Shown here piece after piece: positions 1 through 9,268 of a DNA stretch of 32,000 nucleotides. The stretch's first letter is position 1; each line of letters opens with the position of its first letter. Source of the DNA: Acaryochloris marina MBIC11017 (lineage in GTDB: Bacteria > Cyanobacteriota > Cyanobacteriia > Thermosynechococcales > Thermosynechococcaceae); the NCBI RefSeq assembly GCF_000018105.1, contig NC_009925.1, positions 6,210,001 to 6,242,000 of the forward strand, in the 5' to 3' direction. The position numbers were made by a program, and so were the translations under genes. A model generated the notes under the pieces. The model was given only the letters and a program-made list of their open reading frames with translations, searched no databases and was not told where the DNA came from.

Positions 1-33
1 CATCTGCTACATCATCGCTGGAGAGAGAGGTGG

Positions 34-249
34 ATGCCTAAGAAGATTCGTGAGATCAAGGCTATGCTCAAGGAGGCTGGGTTTATCTCCCGACCGGGCA
101 AATACTCTCACAGTAACTGGAAGCATCCTCAATTGCCCCAGGTGATCACGGTTGCCCGCAAAGATGGGGCAGATGCCCCACTCTATTTGGAACGCAAAGT
201 GCAGAAAGCGCTACAGCAATTGGAGGCGTTATCGAATGACTCAGACTAA
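34..249 (+). CDS. hicA: HicA-family mRNA-interferase toxin (type II toxin-antitoxin)
   Basis: 71-aa ORF. The N-terminal pattern KxIREIKAMLKEAGF..R.GK.SH..W.H is typical of HicA/YcfA. GAGGTGG Shine-Dalgarno lies just upstream of the ATG. The 3' end overlaps the hicB start by 14 nt. Confidence 0.75.
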   Translation: MPKKIREIKAMLKEAGFISRPGKYSHSNWKHPQLPQVITVARKDGADAPLYLERKVQKALQQLEALSNDSD

Positions 250-457
250 GTATCGAATGGTGATCGAGTGGTCGGAAGAGGATCAATGCTATGTAGTGTC
301 GTTACCAGAATTTGACCGGGTGATGCAGCCCGTTACTGATGGCCAAACCTATGAAGAGGCTGCTAAACATGGGCAGGAAGCCATAGAATCCTTGATGGAA
401 TTCTACGAAGCGGAAGGCTGGACTTTGCCTGCCCCTCAAATGATGCAAATGGTTTAG
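236..457 (+). CDS. hicB: HicB-family antitoxin (UPF0150-like fold)
   Basis: ATG at 236 is preceded by GGAGG about 10 nt upstream. The product (MTQTKYRMVIEWSEEDQCYVVSLPEF...GQTYEEA..HGQEAIE) matches the HicB N-terminal domain pattern. The ORF-track start at 152 lies inside hicA and was not used. Confidence 0.7.
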   Translation: MTQTKYRMVIEWSEEDQCYVVSLPEFDRVMQPVTDGQTYEEAAKHGQEAIESLMEFYEAEGWTLPAPQMMQMV

Positions 458-461
458 GACG

Positions 462-941
462 ATGGCCCGTGCGATCGCAGAAAAATGCCGTCGATGTTCC
501 AAGCTACCCGTGGACCAAGCAAAGTTAAAGGAGTGCTGGGTGGGCCAGCGTTGCCATGTGCGACGTTCCTCGTATAAACACCGCGATCGCTATAACCGAA
601 ATAAGAAACGGAAATATCAACTACAGACGGGGAAGCTGATTCCTGAAGTTACGGTGGAAGTCCCCGTCAAACCTGCGGCTATTCGACGGATGTATCGAGC
701 GAGAAGGGATGCGCCCCTTCATGCCATGTCAGCGGAGCTGTGGATAGGCCAAAAGCGGGTTGCGATCGTTGAGCCTGTCCATACCCTGGGGTGGACTAAC
801 TCTGATGTGACGAAATACTCCAGGAATATACTCAACCGCTTCTCTGAGCATTTAGACGGAAAAGTACTGCATCAGTTTGATTCACAAGTCGAAGTGGATC
901 CAAGTCAATGCCCGATTCGTCCCTGCCCTTTGTTCCCGTAG
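462..941 (+). CDS. hypothetical protein, very basic, with an N-terminal Cys/His cluster (possible Zn-ribbon)
   Basis: 159-aa ORF starting 5 nt after the hicB stop, with an AGGA-like SD. It carries CRRC...C...C.H in the first 35 aa followed by an R/K-rich stretch. No family recognised. Confidence 0.5.
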   Translation: MARAIAEKCRRCSKLPVDQAKLKECWVGQRCHVRRSSYKHRDRYNRNKKRKYQLQTGKLIPEVTVEVPVKPAAIRRMYRARRDAPLHAMSAELWIGQKRVAIVEPVHTLGWTNSDVTKYSRNILNRFSEHLDGKVLHQFDSQVEVDPSQCPIRPCPLFP

Positions 942-954
942 GAGGTTGTTCACG

Positions 955-1620
955 ATGGCATTGCAACTGGAACTCGATCTTTGGCAGCAGTTGAATCAAG
1001 CGGAAGCGGTTCCAGTGGAGAGCGACCTCCAGCAGTTGCAGGAGCGATTGGACTTAGTAGTCGCCCAGTTGCCATTAGAGGAGAAGTTATCCACGGCGGG
1101 GACTGCCCTATTGCAGATGGCAGAAATCTTGAGTCGGCGAGCGGAGGTCTTCCTCAGGGACTGGCGAGATGCCCACAACGATGACGGTCCCATCCTTGAT
1201 TTGGATGACGAAATGGGGATGGTTCGGCAATCCATGGTGTTAGACGATGATCTAATTGCTGAACCCGACCCGGTGACTCGGCGAACATTGCCCAAAGAGG
1301 AGTGTGAGTCGATCGTTGTGCTCAAGGACAAGGCATCGTTGCTGGAAGAGCTGGAGACTGAGTTAAGGGTTGAGCAACCTGATGAAGTCTTGCAAGTCTT
1401 GGAAGAAGAGGATGTTTTGGCATGGGTACATGCCATCTCAACGTACTTACAGGGGACATCTGGGATGGTGCCTTTGGTCGAGCTAAAACAGGAGCTACAG
1501 CTGTCACTGGTACCTATCTGGCTAGGAATGCTACTCGGTGGATTTCAGTTTGAGCAGCGGGGTGGGTTTTACGATCAGAATGTCTGGATTAAGACGGGTG
1601 CCTTGAACAGCCAGCCTTGA
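955..1620 (+). CDS. hypothetical acidic protein; faint ScpA/kleisin-like C-terminus (unverified)
   Basis: ATG at 955 is preceded by AGGAGG (940-945), 14 nt after the previous stop. The 221-aa product is D/E-rich. The C-terminal ...WLGMLLGGFQFEQRGGFYDQNVWI resembles, from memory, the ScpA C-terminal winged-helix pattern. The ORF-track start at 877 overlaps the upstream gene and was rejected. Confidence 0.55.
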   Translation: MALQLELDLWQQLNQAEAVPVESDLQQLQERLDLVVAQLPLEEKLSTAGTALLQMAEILSRRAEVFLRDWRDAHNDDGPILDLDDEMGMVRQSMVLDDDLIAEPDPVTRRTLPKEECESIVVLKDKASLLEELETELRVEQPDEVLQVLEEEDVLAWVHAISTYLQGTSGMVPLVELKQELQLSLVPIWLGMLLGGFQFEQRGGFYDQNVWIKTGALNSQP

Positions 1621-1733
1621 AGACTATCTCCCTTTTTTAGAAGACCTCTGCAAGAAGCCGTACCTGGATAACTCGGATGAGATGCTAGTGATACACTCAA
1701 TCAGCGAATCGAATACGAATCACGGAGCAGCGG

Positions 1734-1985
1734 GTGGCACAATGGGAATCCATTGACCATGATGGCCTGTTCAAAGAACTGATCGAAACGTTCTTTTGGG
1801 AATTCTTAAATTTGTTTTTGCTTCAAGTCTTTGACTATGTAGAGCGCGGACCCGTCACGTTTTTATTCCAAGAAGTCTACAGCAGTATTGGTGCTGAAGA
1901 GAGGCGCATCATCGACCTGCTCGGTGCGGGTTCACTTGCCCTTACAATAAGCCCTTTGCTCAACGTCAAATCTTGTTGGATTTAG
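1734..1985 (+). pseudogene. truncated Rpn/YhgA-like PD-(D/E)XK nuclease ('putative transposase') gene, N-terminal fragment
   Basis: DHDGLFKELIETFFWEFLNLFL...EERRIIDLL matches the conserved N-terminus of the Rpn family common in cyanobacteria. Full-length members are about 280-300 aa, and this frame stops after 83 codons. Confidence 0.5.
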
Positions 1986-2288
1986 ATCCTCTGGTTGAAC
2001 CAAATCTATCGGAGTTAGTACATCACCGATCCTAAGCTTGGGCATAGGATGTGGACTAGGCCTATCAGCTGTATCAGAAAGTTGAGCTTTCGAATTCTTG
2101 AAATAATGTAAACATTGCAAGTTATTCGTTTGAGCTAAAGCCTCTCAAAGAAATACGTTCCATCTGGCACCACATGCTTTCAATGTGGTCTGGATCCGTT
2201 ACCTAAGTCAAGATAGCCATAAGTCTCTCGAATCCCTTCATCTAAGGCATAACGTTTAGAAAATAAGGCAAGGAGTTTTCAAACTGCT

Positions 2289-3656
2289 ATGAAGCGAAAC
2301 TTAACTTCAGGCCCAGTCGGTTCTCAACTTGTGAAACTGACTCTGCCAATGGTATGGGGTCTATTTGCTTTAATCGCATTTAATCTTGTTGATACCTACT
2401 TTGTGGGACAGCTGGGTACAACTCAGCTAGCAGCCATGAGCTTCACATTTCCAGTAGTACTCACCTTAGGCAATCTAGCCTTTGGGTTGGGAATTGGGTC
2501 TACTTCCGTAATTGCACGAGCCATTGGTGAAGGAGATATGCGCCGTGTACAACGCTTTACCACCAATAGCTTAACTCTGGCCCTAACAGCAGTGTTTCTG
2601 TTTGCTAGCGTGGGATTGTTCACCATCGATCCGCTGTTTAAGGCGTTGGGAGCCGGCCCTGAAATCCTTCCCTTCATCCGTGAATACATGCGGATTTGGT
2701 ATTTTGGTATCGTGTTTTTGGTAGTGCCCATGGTGGGTAATAGTGCCATTCGCGCAACCGGAAATACCTTAACCCCCAGCATTATCATGACCGTGGCTGC
2801 AGCTACGAATATCCTGTTGGATCCGCTGCTGATAAATGGTGCTTTAGGGTTTCCCCGATTGGAATTACAAGGCGCAGCTCTGGCTACGGTGATAGCTCGG
2901 GCCATCTCATTAGTCGCCGCCTTGCTAGTGTTGCATTTCAAAGAGAATTTGCTGTCTACCCAAATTTCTACCATCCAGGAAACGCTTTGGTGCTGGCGTG
3001 ACATTTTGTCAGTGGGGCTACCAGCTGCTGCTGCCAGCATGATCACACCAGTATCAATTGGAGTTATTACCAGTTTTCTTGCTTTTCATGGTGCTGCATC
3101 TGTGGCTGCATTTGGCTTAGCCTCCAGAGTCGAATCACTGGCTATGATTGCCGTCATGGCCTTGGCTTCTAGTATGGGACCTTTTGTTGGGCAAAATTGG
3201 GGGGCTCACCAAGTTGATCGGGTACGGCAGGCCCTCAGCTACGGTTATAGCTTCTGCCTTAGTTGGGGGATACTCATGGCGGTAGGGCTGGGACTGAGTG
3301 GGCGATCGCTAGCTGCAATTTTCAATCCAGATCCCAAGGTGATCGAAATCGCCACTCGATATCTGTGGCTAGTACCCATTAGCTATGGGGCTGCTGGGAT
3401 GTTGCAGATAACCAGTTCTGCCTTTAATGCGATGGGCAAACCTATCCCTTCAATTACGATTACAGGAACTCATATGGTGGGATGCTATATTCCCCTGGCT
3501 TATATCGGCAGCCGTATGGCTGGACCCACGGGTATCTTTTTGGCAGCAGCAACTGCCAACCTGATAGTTGGCTTTGGGGCCTATGTGTGGAGCCGAAGAA
3601 CTTGTTTACAGCGTATGAAAACAGTATCAAATAATACTGAAGCTCAGAAAACTTAA
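2289..3656 (+). CDS. MATE-family efflux transporter
   Basis: 455-aa polytopic membrane protein of about 12 TM helices. N-terminal L.LP.....L......LVDT.FVG.LG...LAA motif and duplicated MatE-type halves. Confidence 0.85.
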   Translation: MKRNLTSGPVGSQLVKLTLPMVWGLFALIAFNLVDTYFVGQLGTTQLAAMSFTFPVVLTLGNLAFGLGIGSTSVIARAIGEGDMRRVQRFTTNSLTLALTAVFLFASVGLFTIDPLFKALGAGPEILPFIREYMRIWYFGIVFLVVPMVGNSAIRATGNTLTPSIIMTVAAATNILLDPLLINGALGFPRLELQGAALATVIARAISLVAALLVLHFKENLLSTQISTIQETLWCWRDILSVGLPAAAASMITPVSIGVITSFLAFHGAASVAAFGLASRVESLAMIAVMALASSMGPFVGQNWGAHQVDRVRQALSYGYSFCLSWGILMAVGLGLSGRSLAAIFNPDPKVIEIATRYLWLVPISYGAAGMLQITSSAFNAMGKPIPSITITGTHMVGCYIPLAYIGSRMAGPTGIFLAAATANLIVGFGAYVWSRRTCLQRMKTVSNNTEAQKT

Positions 3657-3970
3657 GGGAGATTGAAAACAACTGTCACAACCTTACAGAAAATTTTTTT
3701 GTACAACTCTCAGATAAACTAAAGCATGCCCAAAGTCCCAAACAGCTTGGTTTGCTATTCAGTTTTATAGGTTTATTGAGAATGCTTACGAGCTAGGATG
3801 GGTTCAACAATTGTTAATTTAAATTAGCCAACCACTTTCGGTGAGAGTATTTCTGAACCATCATTGGCTAAATCGATGGGTACATTGGGCCTATCAGGGA
3901 TGAATAAGCCAATAGCTAACCATCCAATTGCATCATTGTTGGAAAAAAGAGAATATATAGGAATTCCTCC

Positions 3971-4471
3971 TCAAACTTGGAGATGAGCTTCCAACATCCA
4001 CAGCATCTTATCAACGGCCCGAGAGATTTCTCTGTATAAGTCAGCTGTGTTTGCCTCTTCCAAGCCCGTTGCAATTTCAATACTGGCCCGTAACGACTTT
4101 GCATATAAACTAACAAACTCAGCCAATAAGATCACGTAACCTTTACTCTCCATAACACGTAAGGCATATGCTGGAATCTCTGATCGTTGGGTAGCTACCT
4201 GAACTGTTCCCATGGCTACACCTCCCAAAGTCACAATCCGCTCTCCAACTAAATCAGCAAAGTGATCTAACTCTGATGCAAGATGCTCAAACAGTTGGTA
4301 GAGAGCAAAAAACTGCATCCCCTTGACGTTCCAGCAGGCACATTTCACTTTTGCTCGCAAATCAATTGTAGTGGCCAAGGTTTGGTTGAGAATTTCAATA
4401 ATTTCAACCTGAACTTCAGGAGCTAGTTCGAGCCGAGTGGCATAGTAGTGCACCTCACCATTTAAGTTCAT
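3971..4471 (-). CDS. dps: Dps-family DNA-protection / ferritin-like protein
   Basis: 166-aa product with CWNVKG..FF.L..LFE......D..D.VGERI..LGG, the Dps ferroxidase-centre region. Four-helix-bundle length. Confidence 0.85.
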   Translation of the reverse strand: MNLNGEVHYYATRLELAPEVQVEIIEILNQTLATTIDLRAKVKCACWNVKGMQFFALYQLFEHLASELDHFADLVGERIVTLGGVAMGTVQVATQRSEIPAYALRVMESKGYVILLAEFVSLYAKSLRASIEIATGLEEANTADLYREISRAVDKMLWMLEAHLQV

Positions 4472-4582
4472 ATCGTTTATCGAACCTTTATAGATTCAAA
4501 CCACCATAACCAGTCTGATAATTCTTGTCTTGTCCATCTTTGGGGAATATAGTCGAATTGCGATCACACAAGCTATTAAAGA

Positions 4583-4605
4583 TTGCTTCAAAATCAATGA
4601 AGCAA
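4583..4605. promoter_or_regulatory. perfect 8-bp inverted repeat TTGCTTCA-N7-TGAAGCAA in the dps / AraC-type divergent intergenic region (candidate operator)
   Basis: Read directly: 4583-4590 TTGCTTCA and 4598-4605 TGAAGCAA. Confidence 0.3.
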
Positions 4606-4673
4606 CTCTCATCGAGACTTAAATGTATCTCCACTTATCCGAAGAATATCCAATCTCCTTGCTAATATACCTA

Positions 4674-4685
4674 TCTATCGATAGA
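4674..4685. promoter_or_regulatory. 12-bp perfect palindrome TCTATCGATAGA about 30-50 nt upstream of the AraC-type gene (candidate operator)
   Basis: Read directly from the sequence. Confidence 0.25.
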
Positions 4686-4713
4686 GGGCAATTCGAACAT
4701 TGAGTGATTAAAT

Positions 4714-5625
4714 GTGGGAAACAATACTCTAAAGATGAAAAACTCAGCTCAACAGCAGACATTCGAGCAGCTCGTTCCGCATGATTGGGTTATGTCGCGG
4801 CAGCCTCTCAAGTCTGGTGGTCTCACTATTGAACACCACATGGAGGAACCTGGTGAACTGTCTACGCCTGGTCTCGCCCAACATGCTTTGTTGGTTACTA
4901 TGAGCCAGGGGAGTACCCAACAGTTAACTCGAATCGGCAATCAAACCTATAAGGGTGAAAATCCAGTGGGTGCCTTCTGGCTAGCGACAGCGAATACACC
5001 TGCGACCTGGGCATGGAATAGCATCGATGAAGTCATAGCAATTATCATTGAACCTTCACATCTTCAGCAGGTGGCAGCCGAGACAGAATGTTTAGATCCA
5101 AGTTCAGTTGAACTCAAAAACGTCACCTTTGGGATGGACCCCCAGCTTTCCTTCTTTGCCCGTACTTGCCGTCAAGAAGTAATGCGCCGAGAAGTAGGTG
5201 ATCGCATTTACACTGATTCACTCGCAAATTTAATCTCGCTTCATTTACTTCGGAACTATTGCACCCATCAGCCCCTGATTCGTAAGTATGGGAGTGGAAT
5301 AGGAAGCAAACGGCTACGTAATGTTCTGGACTATATCGATGCCAACCTCGATCAAAATATGGGTTTAGCGGATTTAGCAGCAGTGGTTGACCTGAGTCAG
5401 CATCACTTTTCGTCAATGTTTAAGGAATCAATGGGGGTGCCTCCCTATCGCTATGTGCTGCAGCGACGAATCCAACAAGCCAAGCAGCTGCTAAAGAATG
5501 ATTCACTATCTATCACAGACATTGCGCTAACCTGTGGTTTTGCCGACCAAAGTCATATGACGAAACATTTTCGCAAAACTGTCGGTATTACACCCAAAAC
5601 TTATCGAGAGAATTCAACTATTTAA
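4714..5625 (+). CDS. AraC/XylS-family transcriptional regulator
   Basis: The C-terminal ~100 aa carry the double-HTH signature (LADLAAVVDLSQHHFSSMFKESMGVPPYRYVLQRRIQQAKQLL...GFADQSHMTKHFRKTVGITPKTYR). The start may be GTG 4714 or ATG 4735. Confidence 0.85.
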   Translation: MGNNTLKMKNSAQQQTFEQLVPHDWVMSRQPLKSGGLTIEHHMEEPGELSTPGLAQHALLVTMSQGSTQQLTRIGNQTYKGENPVGAFWLATANTPATWAWNSIDEVIAIIIEPSHLQQVAAETECLDPSSVELKNVTFGMDPQLSFFARTCRQEVMRREVGDRIYTDSLANLISLHLLRNYCTHQPLIRKYGSGIGSKRLRNVLDYIDANLDQNMGLADLAAVVDLSQHHFSSMFKESMGVPPYRYVLQRRIQQAKQLLKNDSLSITDIALTCGFADQSHMTKHFRKTVGITPKTYRENSTI

Positions 5626-5756
5626 TGGTGGGCTAATTCCATAGCCAGTACATCTTAAACATGGCTCGAGGCTTCCCCCATCCTCAGTTTATTGGACACT
5701 ACATTACTGAAGTCCAGAAAACGCATTCTTCCAACAATAAATTAGACCTACTGTCT

Positions 5757-6707
5757 TCAATCTGCTAATTGCTTTGCTGCGATAAGGAACTGTTTTCTCA
5801 ACCATTGGTGCTGAGGGCGATTATTGTGTCGCTGATGCCAAATCATAGAGACTGTAAATCTGGTGACATCAATTGGTGGTGGTAAAAGCTTCAATCCCAT
5901 CTCTTTGGCGCACCGCTCTGCCATCCGCTTGGGGAGGAGAGCAACACAATCTGAATTGGCTAGGAGAAAGGGAACAACCATGAAGTGGGGCGTTGACCAA
6001 ACGACCTGGCGGGACTGCTGCTGTTGTTCTAAAATCAAATCGCCAATGCCGCGAAAGTCGTCCTGAAAGGATACAAGAATGTGAGTCCTTTCCACATATT
6101 GTTCTAGTGATAGTTCAGTCAATGGGCAGTCACTCTGCAAAACGCAGACAAATTCTTCCTGATAGAGGGATTCTTGAACATGCCAACGCTTGAGGTCCAA
6201 CCCAGCTCCAATAAATAAATCAATACTATTGTCATCGAGCGCTGCTAAAACTGCATCTTTATTCAACCCTTTTACTCGAATTTGTATTCCTGGGGCTTGC
6301 TGAGTCAGTTGTTGGAGCAAATTAGCGCTGAGTGTGGCTTCAACATAGTCGTTTGTCGCAATCCGAAAATCTTCTTGAGCGGTGGCTGGATTAAACACAT
6401 CTTTAGCTAAGAGCGTTTCTTGAATTTCTGCCAAGATTTGTCGCACCTGTGGGCTAATTTCTAGGGCGTAGGGAGTAACCTCCATCTGTCGCTGGGAGGT
6501 TCGAATCAAAATGGGATCTTTCAGCACCGCTCTTAATCGCTTCAATGCGTGGCTCATAGCGGATTGGCTCATGTTGAGTTTTTCGGCAGCCTGCGTAACG
6601 CTTGCTTCCTGAACCAAGATATCGAACGCAAGTAATAGATTGAGATCAAGCTGACGGAGGCTTGAGTAGTCAATAGTCACTGAAGAATCTTCTGGAATTA
6701 GTGTCAT
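5757..6707 (-). CDS. LysR-family transcriptional regulator
   Basis: N-terminal wHTH (LDLNLLLAFDILVQEASVTQAAEKLNMSQSAMSHALKRLR) followed by a ~200-aa LysR substrate-binding domain. Confidence 0.9.
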   Translation of the reverse strand: MTLIPEDSSVTIDYSSLRQLDLNLLLAFDILVQEASVTQAAEKLNMSQSAMSHALKRLRAVLKDPILIRTSQRQMEVTPYALEISPQVRQILAEIQETLLAKDVFNPATAQEDFRIATNDYVEATLSANLLQQLTQQAPGIQIRVKGLNKDAVLAALDDNSIDLFIGAGLDLKRWHVQESLYQEEFVCVLQSDCPLTELSLEQYVERTHILVSFQDDFRGIGDLILEQQQQSRQVVWSTPHFMVVPFLLANSDCVALLPKRMAERCAKEMGLKLLPPPIDVTRFTVSMIWHQRHNNRPQHQWLRKQFLIAAKQLAD

Positions 6708-6977
6708 CGATATTACTTATCTATAATATTCATTTGACTCATGCTGTCAATGGTCATTAGTCTACCGATAGAGGGGCAAATTGAGCCACAACTCTCAAGC
6801 TGCCTTAATGCTTATCGCAATCAGGGAGACCCATATGACGAACGCTATCCAATTCCACGAAATAGGTAGAACTGATGGTCAGATGATCGAAGCCCCTGTA
6901 TCAATAGACGAGGGCCCAAGAAAAAGACCTTTGGCTAGAAATTGCATTAGCCAAAATCTAGCGATGCCCTTTGATAC

Positions 6978-7205
6978 CTAACTCAAGTGGTTGAAATACC
7001 TTAGATACTGTCTAGATTGGTCTTCAACGATGTTATTGAAATGTCTATAGCTAAAAACTTTAGAGATTTGGATTTTGTAGGAGCTGTACAACTGCTCAAT
7101 CAGGCCATTCCAATCAACGCTCCTTTGCGCCTTAGCGTTATCACCCCGGCAGGTGGACCAACCCCAAGGGCTAATGTGATTAGCTAAGAGGTTGCTGTCT
7201 CTCGG
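6978..7205 (-). pseudogene. remnant of the C-terminus of an rve-type (IS3-like) transposase
   Basis: The minus-strand frame reads ...SPWGWSTCRGDNAKAQRSVDWNGLIEQLYSS...FSYRHFNNIVEDQSRQYLRYFNH*. This resembles the IS3 OrfB tail (...GNCWDNA.AESFF..LK.E....F.....A...I..YI.FYN). There is no start codon and a stop lies immediately upstream. Confidence 0.35.
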
Positions 7206-7903
7206 TCAATTTTGATTTTGACGTCAAGTTCCAAAGAAGTCGATTGACAGAGCTAGAGAGCAAGCTACAAATACAGCGATCCCCTTTCTTTGCCCACCAA
7301 TATCAAAGGTGATAATCAATATATTGATTCAAAGTACGGCATTGTATTTGCTCCTGCAAAAATACTGTATATTCTCAACTAATTGACTGTATAAAATACT
7401 ACTAAATTGTATTTATTAATGATTTTTATGAATTAAAATGACTCGCTTCCTAGGATTCTAATTAGGCATTGAATATGGAGATGGAAAAGCTCAACCAGAC
7501 ATTTATAAGACTAAATACCTGTGCATTTTATCCTTGCAAAACACTGAAAAAATCATTATTTTGGCACAATATACTCTAAATCCTTTAATTAGTTCAAGAA
7601 TCAAATATTAGTTCTATTAATAATAGATATTCATCATATTGATGACAGCAAGAATTGACTAAGGAAGACAAGAATAGACAAGAAAAACAATCAGTTTTTA
7701 CCTAGTTTAGAGACTTAGCTGGTGAAGCTACTTCTCTCTCATAGAAAACGATGGAAATGACCGATTGGAGGCGAATGACTTCTGGAAAGGTTTTGTCCTC
7801 CACAGTTGCATAGAGCGATGGATATAGGTTTCCAATTTCAAAGACAACTCAGCATGGAGAAATCCATCCTTCGCGACTCAGGAAATGACATGGGCAAGTC
7901 GAA

Positions 7904-9268
7904 ATGATTGAATCTCGGTATAGTGGCCTTCCTCGGATGATTATGTGTGTTGGCCTTTTTGCGATCACCCTGGGAGGATGCGGTAGCAGTGATCAAGTGA
8001 ATCAGCCCCAGGCAATCGCGGTTAAATTAAGCACTGTCGAATCTGACACATTGGTTGACAGTAGTGAATTTATTGGTACATCGACGGCTCGTGATCGCGT
8101 CAGTCTGGCTCCCCGTATTGACGGCAGGATTTTGGAGATTTTTGTCAGGCAGGGCGATCGCGTCCGTCGAGGTGACAAGATTGTCCGCTTAGAACCCACC
8201 CGGGATCGCGAAAATGTGAACGCAGCTAGCCAAAGTGTCAACGTTGAGCGGGCACGATTAGGGCAAGCAGTGGCTGAACTAAGAACCGCCCAAGCTAATC
8301 GTGCTGCAGCTGCTGCTCAAGTCAAAAGTGCTAAGGCTGATCTCCAGACGATAGAGGCTGAAGTAGAGCTGGCCCAGATTAACCTGGACCGCACTAAAAA
8401 GCTGGTTAAGGATGGGGTGCTTCCCCAGCAGAACTTGGACGATTCGACACGAGATCTGAAAACAAATATTGCCCAGCGAAACTCTCGGCGGGAATCGCTG
8501 AATGCAGCAATTGAGTCCCAACAGGCAGCCGATCAGCAGGTTGATCAAGCCCAGGCTAATGTGGACAGCCAAAAAGCCGCGATTGCTCGATCTAAGGCTG
8601 AATTGAGAGCAGTAGGTCAGAACTTGGAGTTCAATACGATCCGTGCCCCAATTGATGGTGTGATTGGTAGCTTTGATAGCAAGAAAGTGGGAGATTATGT
8701 CAGCGTGGGGGAGCAACTGACGACACTGACCAATAATCAGACTCTTGAGCTTAATATTAATATCCCCATCGAAAATCGCGATCAGATAAAGCGGGGATTG
8801 GCGGTGGAAACGATTGGGAACAATGAGCGCCATATCGTTAGGGGACAGATAAACTATATAGCTCCCCTCGTTCAGCAAAATGCCCAATCGATTCTGACCA
8901 AGGCAACTTTCCCAAACCAACGTCGCCTTAGAGATCGCGAGTACGTGAGGGTTCGAGTGATTTGGAATGAAAGGCCTGGCATATTAATTCCTACCACTGC
9001 CATTTCCACCTTAGGTGGACAAAGCTTTGTCTATATTGCCCAAGAGCAAAGTACCCAATCTGGTGAGCGGTCGATGATGGTTCGACAGCAACCCGTCAAA
9101 CTAGGCAGAATTCAGGATCAAGCCTATCAAATACTGTCTGGTATCAAAGTTGGAGATCGCATTGCCACTTCCAATATTTTGAGCTTGAAAGACAATACGC
9201 CGATTACAGATGCAGAGACGGTCGGACGATTGGAATCCAAGATTCAGAAGACACAGGGGACTCATTAA
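7904..9268 (+). CDS. RND efflux periplasmic adaptor (membrane fusion protein, HlyD family)
   Basis: Lipoprotein-type signal (..FAITLGGCGSS), a long Q/A-rich coiled-coil hairpin and a C-terminal beta-barrel region. The stop overlaps the permease start (TAATG). Confidence 0.85.
   Translation: MIESRYSGLPRMIMCVGLFAITLGGCGSSDQVNQPQAIAVKLSTVESDTLVDSSEFIGTSTARDRVSLAPRIDGRILEIFVRQGDRVRRGDKIVRLEPTRDRENVNAASQSVNVERARLGQAVAELRTAQANRAAAAAQVKSAKADLQTIEAEVELAQINLDRTKKLVKDGVLPQQNLDDSTRDLKTNIAQRNSRRESLNAAIESQQAADQQVDQAQANVDSQKAAIARSKAELRAVGQNLEFNTIRAPIDGVIGSFDSKKVGDYVSVGEQLTTLTNNQTLELNINIPIENRDQIKRGLAVETIGNNERHIVRGQINYIAPLVQQNAQSILTKATFPNQRRLRDREYVRVRVIWNERPGILIPTTAISTLGGQSFVYIAQEQSTQSGERSMMVRQQPVKLGRIQDQAYQILSGIKVGDRIATSNILSLKDNTPITDAETVGRLESKIQKTQGTH

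Noticed and set aside
152-235. N-terminal extension of the hicB ORF (track start at 152)
   Set aside because: The extension lies inside hicA in another frame. A GGAGG-preceded ATG at 236 gives a canonical-length HicB.
1932-2120. 62-aa minus-strand ORF next to the Rpn fragment
   Set aside because: It has no SD, overlaps the pseudogene end, and shows no recognisable motif.
3958-3967. 10-bp palindrome AGGAATTCCT at the dps stop as a terminator
   Set aside because: A palindrome with no loop cannot form a stable hairpin, and there is no U-tract.
6781-6981. 66-aa ORF divergent from the LysR gene
   Set aside because: There is no SD and no recognisable domain. Its 3' end overlaps the stop of the antisense transposase remnant. 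It is probably spurious, though a small LysR-controlled gene cannot be fully excluded.
7340-7420. TACTGTATAT-like half SOS box and repeated AAAATACT/ACTGTATA words in the AT-rich leader
   Set aside because: There is no matching CAG half-site at the right spacing. Such words are expected by chance in ~30% GC DNA.
8279-8920. 213-aa minus-strand ORF. Similar long antisense ORFs occur at 2423-3046, 996-1436, 10377-10772 and 12924-13376.
   Set aside because: All are antisense to strongly supported genes (adaptor, MATE, the acidic ORF, RND permease, SDR). Their composition is skewed and low-complexity, which is typical of shadow ORFs.
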